Positions 31,672 to 43,040 of a stretch of 46,582 nucleotides of DNA are shown in pieces. Source of the DNA: an uncultured Gammaproteobacteria bacterium (lineage in GTDB: Bacteria > Pseudomonadota > Gammaproteobacteria > JACCXJ01). The translations under genes and the position numbers were made by a program. Location of the stretch: NCBI GenBank assembly GCA_963764725.1, contig CAVXTM010000006.1, positions 1 through 46,582 on the forward strand, given 5' to 3'. A model generated the notes under the pieces. The model was not told where the DNA came from and did not search any database. It worked only from the letters and a program-made list of their open reading frames with translations. Position 1 is the first letter of the stretch; every line of letters starts with the position of its first letter.

Positions 31672-32910
31672 TCACACCTTACGAAAAACGAGGGTCCCGT
31701 TGGTGCCTCCGAATCCAAACGAATTCGAGAGCACAGTCGTTAATCTCATCGGTCTCGCTTCATTGGGGACATAGTCCAGGTCGCACTCGGGATCAGGGGT
31801 AAACAGGTTAATCGTGGGCGGTGCCACTTGATCGCGAAGCGCCAGAATGGAGAAGATCGCCTCCACGCCTCCCGCGGCGCCTAACATGTGCCCCACCATT
31901 GACTTCGTGGAGCTGACAGCGAGTTTGTAGGCGTGATCTTTAAATACCAATTTGACCGCGTCCGTTTCCGCCTTATCCCCAGCCGGTGTGGAGGTGCCGT
32001 GGGCGTTGATATAATCGATTTCGCTCGAGTCGATAGCCGCATCTCTAAGAGCGAGTTGCATGCAGCGCGCCGCACCCTGCCCGCCGGGAGAAGGGGCAGT
32101 CATGTGATAGGCATCGGCATTGATGCCATACCCGGTGACTTCGGCGTAAATTCGGGCCCCACGCCTCTTTGCATGTTCGTACTCTTCAAGCACTATCACG
32201 CCCGCCCCATCGCTCAATACGAAACCATCTCGGTCGCGGTCCCAGGGGCGGCTCGCCGTTTCCGGATCGTCGTTGCGAGTCGATAATGCCCGGGCGGAGC
32301 AGAAGCCCCCGAGTCCCGTAGGCGTCGTCGCCATTTCCGCGCCGCCCGCCACCATCACATCGGCGTCCCCGCGTTCGATGATCCTGGCGGCATCGCCAAT
32401 GCAATGCGTGCCCGTGGAGCATGCCGTGACAATCGCGAAGTTCGGTCCCCGCAACCCGAACTTAATCGACAAGTTACCGGCAATCATATTGATGATGTTG
32501 CTCGGGATGTAAAAGGGTGAAATCTTCTTCGGTCCTCCATCCTCGATGCTCAGCCGGCCCTGCTCTATTCCCCACAAGCCTCCTATTCCGGCACCGATCG
32601 CGACGCCAATGCGATCGGCGTTTTCCTCCCGTACCTCGAGACCGCTATCCTGAAACGCTTGGATCCCCGCCGCGAGGCCATAGTGCATGAAGGGGTCCAT
32701 CTTTTTCACATCCTTGGGCGAAATGTAGTCCGTCACGCTGAAATCGTTGATGGTCCCGGCAAATCGCGTCGAAAAACCAGACACGTCGAAATGCGAAAGA
32801 GGTCTGATACCGCTCTTGCCCGCAAGAATGTTATCCCATGCGGCTTTGATGGTATTACCCACTGGACAGATGACACCCAGTCCAGTTACCGCGATTCGAC
32901 GTCTAGTCAC
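31672..32910 (-). CDS. fabF: Beta-ketoacyl-ACP synthase II
   Basis: [32 protein letters not shown]. Confidence 0.95.
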   Translation of the reverse strand: MTRRRIAVTGLGVICPVGNTIKAAWDNILAGKSGIRPLSHFDVSGFSTRFAGTINDFSVTDYISPKDVKKMDPFMHYGLAAGIQAFQDSGLEVREENADRIGVAIGAGIGGLWGIEQGRLSIEDGGPKKISPFYIPSNIINMIAGNLSIKFGLRGPNFAIVTACSTGTHCIGDAARIIERGDADVMVAGGAEMATTPTGLGGFCSARALSTRNDDPETASRPWDRDRDGFVLSDGAGVIVLEEYEHAKRRGARIYAEVTGYGINADAYHMTAPSPGGQGAARCMQLALRDAAIDSSEIDYINAHGTSTPAGDKAETDAVKLVFKDHAYKLAVSSTKSMVGHMLGAAGGVEAIFSILALRDQVAPPTINLFTPDPECDLDYVPNEARPMRLTTVLSNSFGFGGTNGTLVFRKV

Positions 32911-32946
32911 TTTTTTTCACCCTTTTCGGTCCTCATAGAAAAGCCA

Positions 32947-32980
32947 AAGGCCGCGATAAGAGAATCAATCACGCGGCCTT
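32947..32980 (-). terminator. Stem-loop downstream of acpP
   Basis: AAGGCCGCG...CGCGGCCTT inverted repeat in the acpP-fabF spacer. Confidence 0.55.
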
Positions 32981-33005
32981 CTAGCCTAGCATTATCGGTA
33001 AGACG

Positions 33006-33242
33006 TTAAGCTACATGCCGGGTCACGTAATCAATGGCTTGTTGTACAGTAGTAATTTTTTCCGCCTCCTCGTCCGGGATCTCGGTCTTGAATTCTTCTT
33101 CCAGCGCCATCACCAATTCTACCGTGTCAAGTGAGTCCGCTCCCAGATCGTCGACGAACGATGCTTCGTTGGTGACTTCTTCCTCTTTGACGCCGAGTTG
33201 TTCCACAACGATCTGCTTGACGCGCTCTTGTATATTACTCAT
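33006..33242 (-). CDS. acpP: Acyl carrier protein
   Basis: [20 protein letters not shown]. Confidence 0.97.
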   Translation of the reverse strand: MSNIQERVKQIVVEQLGVKEEEVTNEASFVDDLGADSLDTVELVMALEEEFKTEIPDEEAEKITTVQQAIDYVTRHVA

Positions 33243-33383
33243 AGCAAGGAATTCCTCCCTTCGGATAAACCGTTGACCAACGGTGGATGTTAGTTTAGTA
33301 GAAATGAGACAACTTGCAACTGAGGTTAATGTTATTTGTCAATATTATTTATTAACATTTTATAAATAATAAATTTTACATAC

Positions 33384-34127
33384 TTATACCATGCACATTC
33401 CACCGTTGATATGCAGTGTTTGTCCGGTAATGTAACCCGCCTCCGGTGAGGCCAGAAATGCCACCGCGGCGGCCACCTCCGTCACGCTTCCTAAACGCTG
33501 GAGCGGAATGCTGCTCAGCAGGTGCGCTCGCTGTTCCGCGGACAAGGCCCGGGTCATATCGGTGTCGATAAAACCCGGCGCCACGGCATTTACGGTGATA
33601 CCCCGCAATGCTACTTCGCGCGCCAGCGCCTTAGTAAATCCGATGATTCCCGCCTTGGCCGCCGCATAGTTGCATTGGCCCGGATTGCCGGTGACCCCCA
33701 CGACCGAGGTGATGTTAATGATCCGGCCACAACGCGCCTTCATCATACCGCGCAAACATGCTTTTGAGAGTCGATACACGGAGGTCAAATTGACATCGAG
33801 CGTCGCGTACCATTCTTCATCCTTCATGCGCAGGAGTAAATTGTCACGCGAAATCGCGGCATTATTCACCAGTACGGTGGGTACACACTCACTCTCTGCT
33901 AGCTCGGCCATCATCGCCTGAATGCTTTCGGGTTTGCCTACGTCCAATAGCATTGCTTTTCCTGTTAGCTTATTATTGTTCAATGCCTTATAGATATTTT
34001 CTAATCCCTGCTCAGAGGTTGCGGTCCCGATAACATAGGCCCCCCGGCCGCCGAGACTCAGGGCGATGGCCTGACCGATCCCACGACTTGCGCCCGTGAC
34101 AAGCGCAATCTGCATGTCCGAAGACAT
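33384..34127 (-). CDS. fabG: 3-oxoacyl-ACP reductase
   Basis: TGASRGIG, NNAAISRDNL, NYAAAK, VAPGFIDTDMT. Confidence 0.95.
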   Translation of the reverse strand: MSSDMQIALVTGASRGIGQAIALSLGGRGAYVIGTATSEQGLENIYKALNNNKLTGKAMLLDVGKPESIQAMMAELAESECVPTVLVNNAAISRDNLLLRMKDEEWYATLDVNLTSVYRLSKACLRGMMKARCGRIINITSVVGVTGNPGQCNYAAAKAGIIGFTKALAREVALRGITVNAVAPGFIDTDMTRALSAEQRAHLLSSIPLQRLGSVTEVAAAVAFLASPEAGYITGQTLHINGGMCMV

Positions 34128-34193
34128 CGTAAAACTATTCGTCTGAACTGAGTTGCGTGACGGTTGCCTAGGCTAGGGACACCAATATAAGCG

Positions 34194-35162
34194 TTAGTAT
34201 TTCAATAACGTTGCGCCCCAGGTAAAACCGCCGCCAAAGGCTTCCAACAGCAGTGTCTCGCCCCGTTTAATTCGGCCATCGCGCACCGCGGTATCGAGCG
34301 CCAGCGGAACCGAGGCAGCGGACGTATTGGCGTGTTCATGCACCGTCATGACCACGCGGCTTAACGGGAGTCGAAGCTTCTTTGCGGTGGCCACGATGAT
34401 TCGCGCATTCGCCTGATGGGGCACCAACCAATCGATGTCCGCGGGCTGCAAGCTATTGGCTGCCAAGGCGTCATCCACGATTCGGTCGAGCGCTTTAACC
34501 GCCGCCTTAAAGACCTCGGCGCCTTGCATCTTAACGTAGGCCTCGCCATTGGCGAGGTGTTGAAAACCTTGAGATACGCCCGCGGGGACATGCAGTAAAT
34601 GCTCGAAACGCCCATCCGAGTGTAAATGCGAGCTGAGCACGCCGGGATCCGTGCTGGCCTCGATCACCACCGCCCCGGCGCCGTCGCCGAACAACACACA
34701 GGTGCTCCTGTCGGTCCAATCAATGATGCGCGAAAACGTCTCCGCGCCAACCACGAGAGCGCGCTGCGCCGTGCCACATTTAATAAATTTATCTGCGATA
34801 TCGAGCGCATAAATAAACCCGGTACACACCGCCTGTATATCGAAAGCCGCGCCGCGAGACATCCCAAGGCGTCCTTGCAGCAAACAGGCAGTACTGGGAA
34901 AGATCCGATCCGGGGTCGTGGTCGCTAGTACGATTAAATCGAGGTCGTTAACTGCGACACCGGCCGCTTCGATAGCGAGGCGCGCCGCCCGCTCCGCAAG
35001 ATCACAGGTGCTTTCACCCTCCGCGGCGATATGCCGCTTACGAACGCCCGTCCGCGCCACGATCCACTCGTCGCTGGTATCGATCATGCCCTCCAGATCG
35101 GCATTGGTCAGGACGCGTTCCGGCAAATACGCGCCGGTGCCGATGATTCGGGAATACCTCAA
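34194..35162 (-). CDS. fabH: Beta-ketoacyl-ACP synthase III
   Basis: [32 protein letters not shown]. Confidence 0.95.
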   Translation of the reverse strand: MRYSRIIGTGAYLPERVLTNADLEGMIDTSDEWIVARTGVRKRHIAAEGESTCDLAERAARLAIEAAGVAVNDLDLIVLATTTPDRIFPSTACLLQGRLGMSRGAAFDIQAVCTGFIYALDIADKFIKCGTAQRALVVGAETFSRIIDWTDRSTCVLFGDGAGAVVIEASTDPGVLSSHLHSDGRFEHLLHVPAGVSQGFQHLANGEAYVKMQGAEVFKAAVKALDRIVDDALAANSLQPADIDWLVPHQANARIIVATAKKLRLPLSRVVMTVHEHANTSAASVPLALDTAVRDGRIKRGETLLLEAFGGGFTWGATLLKY

Positions 35163-36175
35163 ACGGCCCGCCTCTGATCGAAGATTAGTTCGAGATCTTT
35201 GCTGATAAGGTCGGGTACGCGCTTCTCGACTTCCAAGACGGCCTCGTCTATGGCGTATGCAAACGAGACCTGATCGGCGCTGCCGTGACTCTTGATCACA
35301 ATCCCCCGCAGACCCAGTAAGCTCGCGCCATTATAGCGCCGCGGGTCGATCCGGCGCACGGCCGCTTTCAGCACCGGTCCCGATACCCATGCGGCCAGAC
35401 GGGTAAAGGGGGTGCGTAAGAATTCTTCTTTTGCGAAATGCAAGAACATGCGGCCCACGCCTTCGCTCGCCTTGAGCGCGATGTTGCCGACGAATCCGTC
35501 ACACACGATCACATCCACCGACCCCTTGAAGACGGCGTCGCCTTCCACAAAGCCGACATAGTTCAGATTGCTCTGCGATATCAACATGGCTGCTTCCTTA
35601 ACCCGTCCGTCTCCCTTTATTACTTCCTCGCCCACATTCAGCAGCGCCACGCTCGGCGCCGGTTTATTGTCCACGGCGCTCGTCAGAGCGGCACCCATCA
35701 GTGCGAATTGGAGCAGCTGCTCGGGGCTCGAATCCACGTTCGCTCCCAGATCGAGCACATGCGAATGGCCCTGCATGGCCGGTAAGGCGGAGCAGATCGC
35801 CGGCCTATCGATCCCCGGGAGCATCTTTAACACAAACCGAGCCTTGGCCATCAGCGCTCCCGTGTTACCGGCGCTCACACAAGCATCGGCCTCGCCTTCT
35901 TTAACCAGGTCGATCGCCACGCGCATCGAAGAATCTTTTTTGGTGCGCAGGGCTTGTGATGGCGACTCATCCATTTCCACCTGCTGCGTGGCATGGCGAA
36001 TCGAGACCCGCATACTTGGAACTCCTTGTTCGGCACTCAAGGACTTGGTCACGATAGCCTCGTCGCCGACAAGAACTGCATGTAAATTCACGTGCTTGCG
36101 TAAGGCTGCTACTGCGGCCGGCACCACGGCCTGCGGTCCATGGTCCCCACCCATCGCGTCGATTGCGATTCGCAT
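35159..36175 (-). CDS. plsX: Phosphate acyltransferase PlsX
   Basis: [31 protein letters not shown]. Confidence 0.95.
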   Translation of the reverse strand: MRIAIDAMGGDHGPQAVVPAAVAALRKHVNLHAVLVGDEAIVTKSLSAEQGVPSMRVSIRHATQQVEMDESPSQALRTKKDSSMRVAIDLVKEGEADACVSAGNTGALMAKARFVLKMLPGIDRPAICSALPAMQGHSHVLDLGANVDSSPEQLLQFALMGAALTSAVDNKPAPSVALLNVGEEVIKGDGRVKEAAMLISQSNLNYVGFVEGDAVFKGSVDVIVCDGFVGNIALKASEGVGRMFLHFAKEEFLRTPFTRLAAWVSGPVLKAAVRRIDPRRYNGASLLGLRGIVIKSHGSADQVSFAYAIDEAVLEVEKRVPDLISKDLELIFDQRRAV

Positions 36176-36288
36176 CTCGTTCCCTTGAGTCTACGGCGTA
36201 GAGTTATGCCCTGTCAGGGTGCGCGGCGGCTCGCACGCGAGAGCGGATGAACACCGCGCGTTCCAAAGGAAGTGCGGTTTTCAGTTGC

Positions 36289-36480
36289 TCACGCATCCTT
36301 CTCTTTCTTGATCGAATGGATGACTTTTTTCCCGCGATAATACCCATCCGGACTAATGTGATGACGCCTATGAACTTCACCGCTTTGCGGCTCGATGGAG
36401 AGGGCCGGCAGCGTCAGCGCGTCATGTGAACGGCGCATGTCGCGTCTCGAGGCGGACTTGCGATTTTGTTGTACGGCCAT
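36289..36480 (-). CDS. rpmF: 50S ribosomal protein L32 (Cys-less type)
   Basis: [19 protein letters not shown]...[14 protein letters not shown]. Confidence 0.96.
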   Translation of the reverse strand: MAVQQNRKSASRRDMRRSHDALTLPALSIEPQSGEVHRRHHISPDGYYRGKKVIHSIKKEKDA

Positions 36481-36507
36481 AGGTCTGTTTTTCCGTTGTT
36501 TTGAATG

Positions 36508-36993
36508 TTAATGCCTGTGCAAAAGCTCCGACGCCTCCGCGAGCGGACTCCTACTCGAGTGTGTGGTCACAGTCGCGCCGCACTGGCCTTCGGGATGCAT
36601 GGGCGCGATCGGGAGCGCGAGTATCAGCTCGTCTTCGATGACTTCAAGAAGCGACGTGGGTCCCCGCGTCATGCGTACGATCTCATAGTCGTTCTCCGGT
36701 TCAATCTTACTTGCCTCCTCGACGAATTGCAGTTTCAGCCCCGAGCGTACCGGCAACTCCATCGGCTCCATACAGCGCTGGCAGCGGACGGTAAGCGTCC
36801 CCGACACCTCGCCCTGCGCGCGATGCAGGCCTTTTTCAGTGTCGAAAAACGCCGCCTCGACTGCGACGCATCCATCGCGGGTTTCGATCCACTCCGCGAG
36901 ACGCGCCATGTTCGTGAGCCGCATTAGGCCACGCAAGCGGCGCCCCTGCTGAGCGAGCCGCGCCGGATAAATATACTCAGGAAGTTCATCCAT
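36508..36993 (-). CDS. yceD: YceD/DUF177 protein
   Basis: CQRC, IEDELILALPIAPMH; upstream of rpmF. Confidence 0.9.
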   Translation of the reverse strand: MDELPEYIYPARLAQQGRRLRGLMRLTNMARLAEWIETRDGCVAVEAAFFDTEKGLHRAQGEVSGTLTVRCQRCMEPMELPVRSGLKLQFVEEASKIEPENDYEIVRMTRGPTSLLEVIEDELILALPIAPMHPEGQCGATVTTHSSRSPLAEASELLHRH

Positions 36994-37162
36994 TAGAACA
37001 CATTATATTGCAGTTGCATGAGCGGAAGAATATCGCACCCTGCGTCACTCCGGGATCCGAGGCTTGCGCTGAGCGCTCGTCAGGCGATGCGGAGCGGTTA
37101 TCTTTCAAACAGCTTGCGGTAGACTAAATATTTTCCTAATCTTCGCGCAGTTTTTCACCGGG

Positions 37163-38155
37163 ATGCAAAAGATGGAGTTTAACGCCGTCGCGCGCTTTAT
37201 ACGGCAGCACTTTCGGCATTTCAATGCCGCCGCATTAGTGGATGCCGCCGCGGGTTACAACAAGCACCTGGAGGGAGGCGGGCACATGCTGATTACGCTC
37301 GCCGGCGCGATGAGCACGGCCGAGCTCGGCCTGTCGCTGGCAGAGATGATCCGCCGCGGTAAGGTACATGCAATCTGCTGCACGGGCGCGAATTTAGAAG
37401 AGGACCTTTTCAACCTCGTGGCCCATGAGCACTACGTCCGTATTCCCCACTATCGCGACTTGACCCCCGCGGACGAATGTTCACTCTTGGAACGCCATTT
37501 AAACCGCGTTACCGACACCTGTATTCCGGAATATGAGGCAATCAGGCGTATCGAGGCCGCGGTCCTTAGCGAATGGACCGCGGCTGACCAGTCCGGCCGG
37601 CAACGTTTTCCCCATGATTTTCTGTATCGCATCCTTCGCGAAGAGCGCTTGAAAGCTGCATATCAAATCGACCCCAAAGACAGTTGGCTGCTGGCGGCAG
37701 CACAAAAAAACCTGCCCATTTTTGTTCCCGGTTGGGAGGATTCTACGCTCGGCAACGTTTACGCCGCGCACTGCATTCGAAAGGATATAAGAAACGTCCA
37801 TACCGTGCGCACCGGGATCGAATACATGATCGCGCTCGCGGCATGGTATCAGAGCACTGCGGCCGAGCATTCCGTCGGCTTTTTCCAAATCGGCGGCGGA
37901 ATCGCGGGGGACTTTCCCATCTGCGTCGTGCCCATGTTGGAACAGGATTTACAGCTAAAGGACATACCGCGGTGGGGTTACTTTTGCCAGATCAGCGATT
38001 CGACGACCAGCTTTGGGTCCTACTCGGGCGCCGTTCCAAACGAGAAAATCACCTGGGGGAAATTGGCGGTGGATACACCAAAGTATATCATCGAGTCGGA
38101 TGCCACGATCGTCGCGCCACTCATCTTCGCCTGCGTGCTGGCGACCTGCGGCTAA
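37163..38155 (+). CDS. Deoxyhypusine synthase-like protein
   Basis: LAGAMSTAE, TGANLEED, DSTLG, GGG, GSYSGAVPNEKITWGK (active-site Lys), ESDATIVAPL. Confidence 0.92.
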   Translation: MQKMEFNAVARFIRQHFRHFNAAALVDAAAGYNKHLEGGGHMLITLAGAMSTAELGLSLAEMIRRGKVHAICCTGANLEEDLFNLVAHEHYVRIPHYRDLTPADECSLLERHLNRVTDTCIPEYEAIRRIEAAVLSEWTAADQSGRQRFPHDFLYRILREERLKAAYQIDPKDSWLLAAAQKNLPIFVPGWEDSTLGNVYAAHCIRKDIRNVHTVRTGIEYMIALAAWYQSTAAEHSVGFFQIGGGIAGDFPICVVPMLEQDLQLKDIPRWGYFCQISDSTTSFGSYSGAVPNEKITWGKLAVDTPKYIIESDATIVAPLIFACVLATCG

Positions 38156-38184
38156 AGCATAACGACTGAGACCGAGGAATCGCT

Positions 38185-40185
38185 ATGCGTTCCGTCAAAG
38201 ATCTCGAGTCAACGACTGATGCCGCCGCCGCGGACGGACGTGCTGACTGGACCGTCGAGGATGCGGAGGAATTGTACCGCGTTAAGGCTTGGGGTGATTC
38301 GTTTTATTTCATCAAGGAGAACGGTCACGTCGCGGTCAGACCGCTGCAGCAACAGTCCCTGTCGATCGACATTTATGCTGTGGTCCAAGATCTGCGGCAG
38401 CGTAATGTTTCTTTCCCAGCTTTGATTCGCTTCCAGGATGTCCTCCAAGCCCGTGTCGTACGCTTGAACAAGGTCTTTATCAAGGCCATCCGTGATTCCG
38501 GATACCGCAACCGGTATCAAGGCGTATATCCAATAAAAGTCAACCAATTACACGAGGTCGTAGAGGAAGTGCTTGAGGCTGGGCGCGCCTATGGGATGGG
38601 ACTCGAGAGCGGATCCAAGGCGGAGCTGGTGGCGGCGCTTCCCCATCTCGACCAGGACGGGGCGCTACTGATCTGCAATGGCTATAAAGACGAGATGATG
38701 CTCCGGCTCATCCTCTCCGGCCAGCAGATTGGTCAAAACGTCATCCCGGTCATAGAGAAGTACGGGGAGTTTGAGCATCTGCTGCGCGTTGCCCAGGCAA
38801 TGAGCGTGCGGCCCCGCTGCGGAGTGCGGGTACGTCTCGGGACCAGCGGATCCGGGAAATGGGCTGAATCGGGCGGCGATCAATCGAAGTTCGGGATCTC
38901 GATTCCAGAGCTGCTCATGCTGATTCAACGCTTGAAAGAAACCAATCATACCGATGCGCTGGTGCTGCTGCATTTCCACCTCGGAAGCCAGATCTCCGAT
39001 ATCCAGATCGTCAAGCAAGCCGTCAAGGAAATCACCCAAGTTTACGCCCAGCTTCTCAAGCGCGGCGTACCCCTTCAGTACCTGGATGTCGGCGGCGGCT
39101 TGGGGGTTAATTACGGCGCGGGTTATTCGGGCGATCACGATGGTGTCAATTACGCGCTGCAAGAATACGCCAACGCGGTGGTCTACTCCGTCAAGGAAGT
39201 CTGCGACGATGAGCAGGTGGTGCATCCGATCCTAATTTCGGAAAGCGGCCGGGCCATTACGGCGCATCATTCGGTATTGATCGTGGAGGCGCTAGGCAGT
39301 TATAACAAGGACCTCCTGGATCCTGCATTTACCCCACCGACGGATATCAACCCGACGGTTCGCGAACTGTATGAAATTCTCGACAGAATAAAAGACGCCA
39401 CCAATCGCAGAGACAAGCGGCAGTTATCGGATTTGCGCGAGGCTTTCCACGACGCGGTCGAAAAACGCCAGGAAGCGGATACCTTGTTCGGTCTAGGGTA
39501 TCTCCCGATCGAAGAGAAGGGACTGGCCGAACGCCTGTATTGGTCAGCCTGTAAGGCGATACACGAGCGGATCGGGCGCCTTGCGCCGGAGTCGGTTCCC
39601 ACTGAACTGCTGGCGCTCAACGACCATCTCGTGGATCAATACCTGTGCGATTTTTCGGTTTTTCAGTCCATTCTCGATCATTGGTCGATAGGCCAAGGAT
39701 TCCCGATCATGCCGTTGCGATTTTTGAATGAACGGCCTGACCGCCGCGCCGTGCTCGTAGATCTCACCTGCGATTCGGACGGCAAGGTATCTCATTACGT
39801 TTCATCGAATTCCGACAAGCGGTTTCTCGAAGTCCATGATCTCGTAGGTAAGGAACCTTACTATTTCGGGTTTTTCCTCATGGGCGCCTATCAAGACATA
39901 ATGGGTGATTCGCACAACCTCTTCGGCCGCGTCGCCGAGGCCCACGTGTACGCCGACGCCGAAGAGCCCGCGGGTTATTACATCGAGAAGATCATACCGG
40001 GCACCTCGATCCAGGACCAGCTAGCCTTGGTTCAATACTTCCCGAACGATCTCCACCGCCGGATGAATAATCTCATCCGCCAAAAGATCGAGAAGGGGAT
40101 CATTCGCCCCAAGGCCGGCGTGGAGCTCCTGGAGCAATACATGGAGTGCTTCCCGCAAAGCACTTATTACAAGCCAGTGGACTGA
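38185..40185 (+). CDS. speA: Biosynthetic arginine decarboxylase
   Basis: YPIKVNQ, CNGYKD, HFHLGSQ, DVGGGLG, ESGRA, DLTCDSDG, GAYQD..G..HNLFG. Confidence 0.95.
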   Translation: MRSVKDLESTTDAAAADGRADWTVEDAEELYRVKAWGDSFYFIKENGHVAVRPLQQQSLSIDIYAVVQDLRQRNVSFPALIRFQDVLQARVVRLNKVFIKAIRDSGYRNRYQGVYPIKVNQLHEVVEEVLEAGRAYGMGLESGSKAELVAALPHLDQDGALLICNGYKDEMMLRLILSGQQIGQNVIPVIEKYGEFEHLLRVAQAMSVRPRCGVRVRLGTSGSGKWAESGGDQSKFGISIPELLMLIQRLKETNHTDALVLLHFHLGSQISDIQIVKQAVKEITQVYAQLLKRGVPLQYLDVGGGLGVNYGAGYSGDHDGVNYALQEYANAVVYSVKEVCDDEQVVHPILISESGRAITAHHSVLIVEALGSYNKDLLDPAFTPPTDINPTVRELYEILDRIKDATNRRDKRQLSDLREAFHDAVEKRQEADTLFGLGYLPIEEKGLAERLYWSACKAIHERIGRLAPESVPTELLALNDHLVDQYLCDFSVFQSILDHWSIGQGFPIMPLRFLNERPDRRAVLVDLTCDSDGKVSHYVSSNSDKRFLEVHDLVGKEPYYFGFFLMGAYQDIMGDSHNLFGRVAEAHVYADAEEPAGYYIEKIIPGTSIQDQLALVQYFPNDLHRRMNNLIRQKIEKGIIRPKAGVELLEQYMECFPQSTYYKPVD

Positions 40186-41108
40186 TCGCCGAGCCAGATA
40201 AGCCCCCGGTGCATCCCATCAAGACCCTCAATCTTGGTCTCATCCAGATGCGCTGCGGCGAAGATCCGAGCGCCAACCTTTCCAAGGCTTTGGCGATGAC
40301 GCGCCAAGCAGCCGGGCAAGGCGCCGATATCGTCTGTCTGCCGGAGCTATTCCGGTCCCGCTATTTCTGCCAGACCGAGGAGCACCGATTTTTTGCCTTG
40401 GCCGAACCGGTGCCGGGCCTCTCGACCGAAGCGTTCTCGGCGCTGGCAAAGGAACTTGAGATCGTCGTGATCGTGAGCCTTTTCGAACGCCGCGCGCCCG
40501 GTCTCTACCACAACACCGCGGCGGTGATCGACGCGGACCGCGGGGTCCTTGGGACCTACCGGAAAATGCATATTCCCGACGATCCGCGTTATTTTGAGAA
40601 ATTTTACTTTACGCCGGGGGATCTCGGCTTTCTCGCTTTCCGCACCTCGCGCTGCCACCTCGGTGTTTTGGTCTGCTGGGATCAGTGGTACCCCGAGGCC
40701 GCGCGGCTGACGGCGCTCCGCGGCGCCGAGATCTTATTCTACCCCACGGCGATCGGTTGGCATCCGGAGGAACACGAGACTTACGGCGTACAACAACACC
40801 AGGCCTGGGAGATCTCGCAGCGCGCCCACGCCATTGCCAACGGATGTTACGTCGTGGCGGTTAACCGCACGGGGTTCGAGCCGACGCCGGGAGCATCCTC
40901 CGGGCATGGCATCGATTTTTGGGGACAAAGCTTTGTGGCCGCGCCGAGCGGGGCCGTGCTCGCGCGCGCGCCGGCTGCCGAGGAAACCATTCTCGTCACG
41001 CCGATCGACCTCGGCCAGACGGAGCAAGCTCGTACGCACTGGCCGTTCCTGCGCGATCGCCGCATCGATGCCTACGGCGATCTGAGCCGCAGATTCATCG
41101 ACCCCTAA
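40146..41108 (+). CDS. aguB: Carbon-nitrogen hydrolase, N-carbamoylputrescine amidase-like
   Basis: Triad LPELF / YRKMHIP / CWDQW; FYPTAIG; WPFLRDRR. True start probably somewhat downstream (~40209). Confidence 0.85.
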   Translation: MLPAKHLLQASGLIAEPDKPPVHPIKTLNLGLIQMRCGEDPSANLSKALAMTRQAAGQGADIVCLPELFRSRYFCQTEEHRFFALAEPVPGLSTEAFSALAKELEIVVIVSLFERRAPGLYHNTAAVIDADRGVLGTYRKMHIPDDPRYFEKFYFTPGDLGFLAFRTSRCHLGVLVCWDQWYPEAARLTALRGAEILFYPTAIGWHPEEHETYGVQQHQAWEISQRAHAIANGCYVVAVNRTGFEPTPGASSGHGIDFWGQSFVAAPSGAVLARAPAAEETILVTPIDLGQTEQARTHWPFLRDRRIDAYGDLSRRFIDP

Positions 41109-41163
41109 TATCATAGATCGCAAACCGAACCGGGAGGGACTGCGAGCCGACCACCTTGGCGCG

Positions 41164-41532
41164 TCAGTCCAGCGCTACGCACCACTGCAAAAGCACTTGA
41201 CCGAATTCCGGATCACCGGTGCCCGCGGCGCCGAGGAGGTCTAATTTCAAGCTCTGATAGCGGTTCAATCGGTAGCTGATCCCATCGCGCAAGAACTCTT
41301 TCACGAATCCCGGCAATAGCGCGAGCACACTATCCTCCGCGGCGTCTGAATTCTCTCTGGACGAAAAAGCCGATCCGTTACTTAAATCGAGAGGCGCGGC
41401 GTTGGTCTTGGCGCTACAGCATAGCAGCAGGATAAGGCATAGCATGCACAACGGGCGCGGTTCCACATCTCGGGACCGCTTTAAGGACTCACACGTTTTT
41501 AGAGCCATCTCGTATCCCCCCTCGGACAACAA
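41164..41532 (-). CDS. Hypothetical, possibly exported protein
   Basis: Fills the intergenic gap; hydrophobic stretch followed by an AxA-like site; no family recognised. Confidence 0.35.
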   Translation of the reverse strand: MLSEGGYEMALKTCESLKRSRDVEPRPLCMLCLILLLCCSAKTNAAPLDLSNGSAFSSRENSDAAEDSVLALLPGFVKEFLRDGISYRLNRYQSLKLDLLGAAGTGDPEFGQVLLQWCVALD

Positions 41533-41770
41533 GTGCGCCGGTGCGCCGAGGGTTCAGGCAAGCCGTCCTTAGCTTCTGACAAGATCCCGACAGCGAGTTG
41601 GCGTATGACCCGTAGGTGCAATCGCTACGCCACAGGATCTCAATGTGCTCACGGCTATCGATAGCTCAGGATCTCGAGCGGAACTGCAAGAGCGCACCCG
41701 TCGGCGCTATACCGGGTGGTTTTCCAGTGAAGCTATGGACCTTTGCAACGATTCTATTTTGTTGTAGCGT

Positions 41771-42343
41771 ATGAGGAAAAGAACGAGGATAAACCCTATG
41801 CGCGCGGGAAAATTCGCGGCTTTGGCCGGCTTGGCGGCCTGTATCAGCTCTCAGCCTGTATGCGCGCTCGATGCCGTCGCAGTCGAAGGCGGCAGCGGTG
41901 ATGACGGGATTAACCGGTACGGGATGGCGTTGCAATGGGATTGGGGGGTGCAATGGCTGCCGCTGGGGGACTGGCATCTCGGCGGGTATTGGGAGCTAAG
42001 CGCCAGTTACTGGGACGGGGACGATGGCCTTACCGGTAACGACTCCTTGGGGGAGTTCGGCTTGACACCGGTCTTTCGCTGGCAGACACAAACGCCGATC
42101 TATGGCGTACTGCCCTATCTAGAAGCGGCCGTCGGCGTCCACGGCATGACGGATACCGAGATTGGGGACAAGAACTTCGATACGGAATTCGCTTTCGGAT
42201 CACTTGGGGGGGCCGGTATACGCTTCGGGCACGAGGGCCGATACGAGATTGGGTACCGGTATCAGCATCTATCCAATGCCGGGATCGGCGATTCTAACCC
42301 CGGCATCAATTTCCATTTAGTGCGATTGAGCTATCATTTTTAG
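41771..42343 (+). CDS. pagL: PagL-family lipid A 3-O-deacylase (acyloxyacyl hydrolase) beta-barrel
   Basis: Signal peptide; GLTPVFR; YRYQHLSNAGI..NPGIN catalytic motif; terminal Phe. Confidence 0.85.
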   Translation: MRKRTRINPMRAGKFAALAGLAACISSQPVCALDAVAVEGGSGDDGINRYGMALQWDWGVQWLPLGDWHLGGYWELSASYWDGDDGLTGNDSLGEFGLTPVFRWQTQTPIYGVLPYLEAAVGVHGMTDTEIGDKNFDTEFAFGSLGGAGIRFGHEGRYEIGYRYQHLSNAGIGDSNPGINFHLVRLSYHF

Positions 42344-43027
42344 TCACGCTGTCGGCAGTCGCCGAAATTCTTCGCGGGTGAGGAGAAACTCCAGCACCCC
42401 GGTCAAGGCACGATCGGCGACGTAAGCATCGGCGCGGCGCTGCACCGCTTCGCGCCGGACTATCCCCCCGAAACCGACGGTGAAGATACCGTAGGCGGCG
42501 GGGTCGAGATCCGTGATCCCGTCCCCGACGATCGCCCCACGGCGGCCTTTTGCCACGCGGTGGCAAACGGCACCCTTGCCCCTGGAGCGCGTCAGGGGTG
42601 AGGATGCGTCATAACCGGTGTAGTTACCGGACGCATCATGAAACACATCCACGGCATGCACGCACGCGAGAGGGATGGAGAGGACGGCGGCGAGCGGCAC
42701 GACCGCCTGGCGGATCCCGCCGCTGACGATATGCACCTCTTTGCCGAGGGAGATCAATGCGGCTACCACCGCCCTCGCTCCCGGCACTTTCGCGGCCACA
42801 TACTGATTTCCTAACCAGGCGATCGCCTGGCGGTCCGGCCGGAGCGTCTCAAGGCGCCGGCCGTAGATCGACTCGAGGGGTTGTTCCCCGTCCATGGCCG
42901 CATGCGTGAGCGCGCTGATCTCCTGCTCGCGGCCCGCGCGCGCCGCGAGCGCATCAATGCCCTCGATCGAGCTCAAGGTGCTGTCGCAATCGAAAAAAAT
43001 AACCTCGAACCCGGCACGCGCCGCCAT
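42344..43027 (-). CDS. serB: Phosphoserine phosphatase (HAD-IB, short type)
   Basis: FDCDSTL...EGID, AMDG, VSGG, VGDGITD; third gene after serC-serA. Confidence 0.85.
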   Translation of the reverse strand: MAARAGFEVIFFDCDSTLSSIEGIDALAARAGREQEISALTHAAMDGEQPLESIYGRRLETLRPDRQAIAWLGNQYVAAKVPGARAVVAALISLGKEVHIVSGGIRQAVVPLAAVLSIPLACVHAVDVFHDASGNYTGYDASSPLTRSRGKGAVCHRVAKGRRGAIVGDGITDLDPAAYGIFTVGFGGIVRREAVQRRADAYVADRALTGVLEFLLTREEFRRLPTA

Positions 43028-43040
43028 ACAGCCCGGCGGA

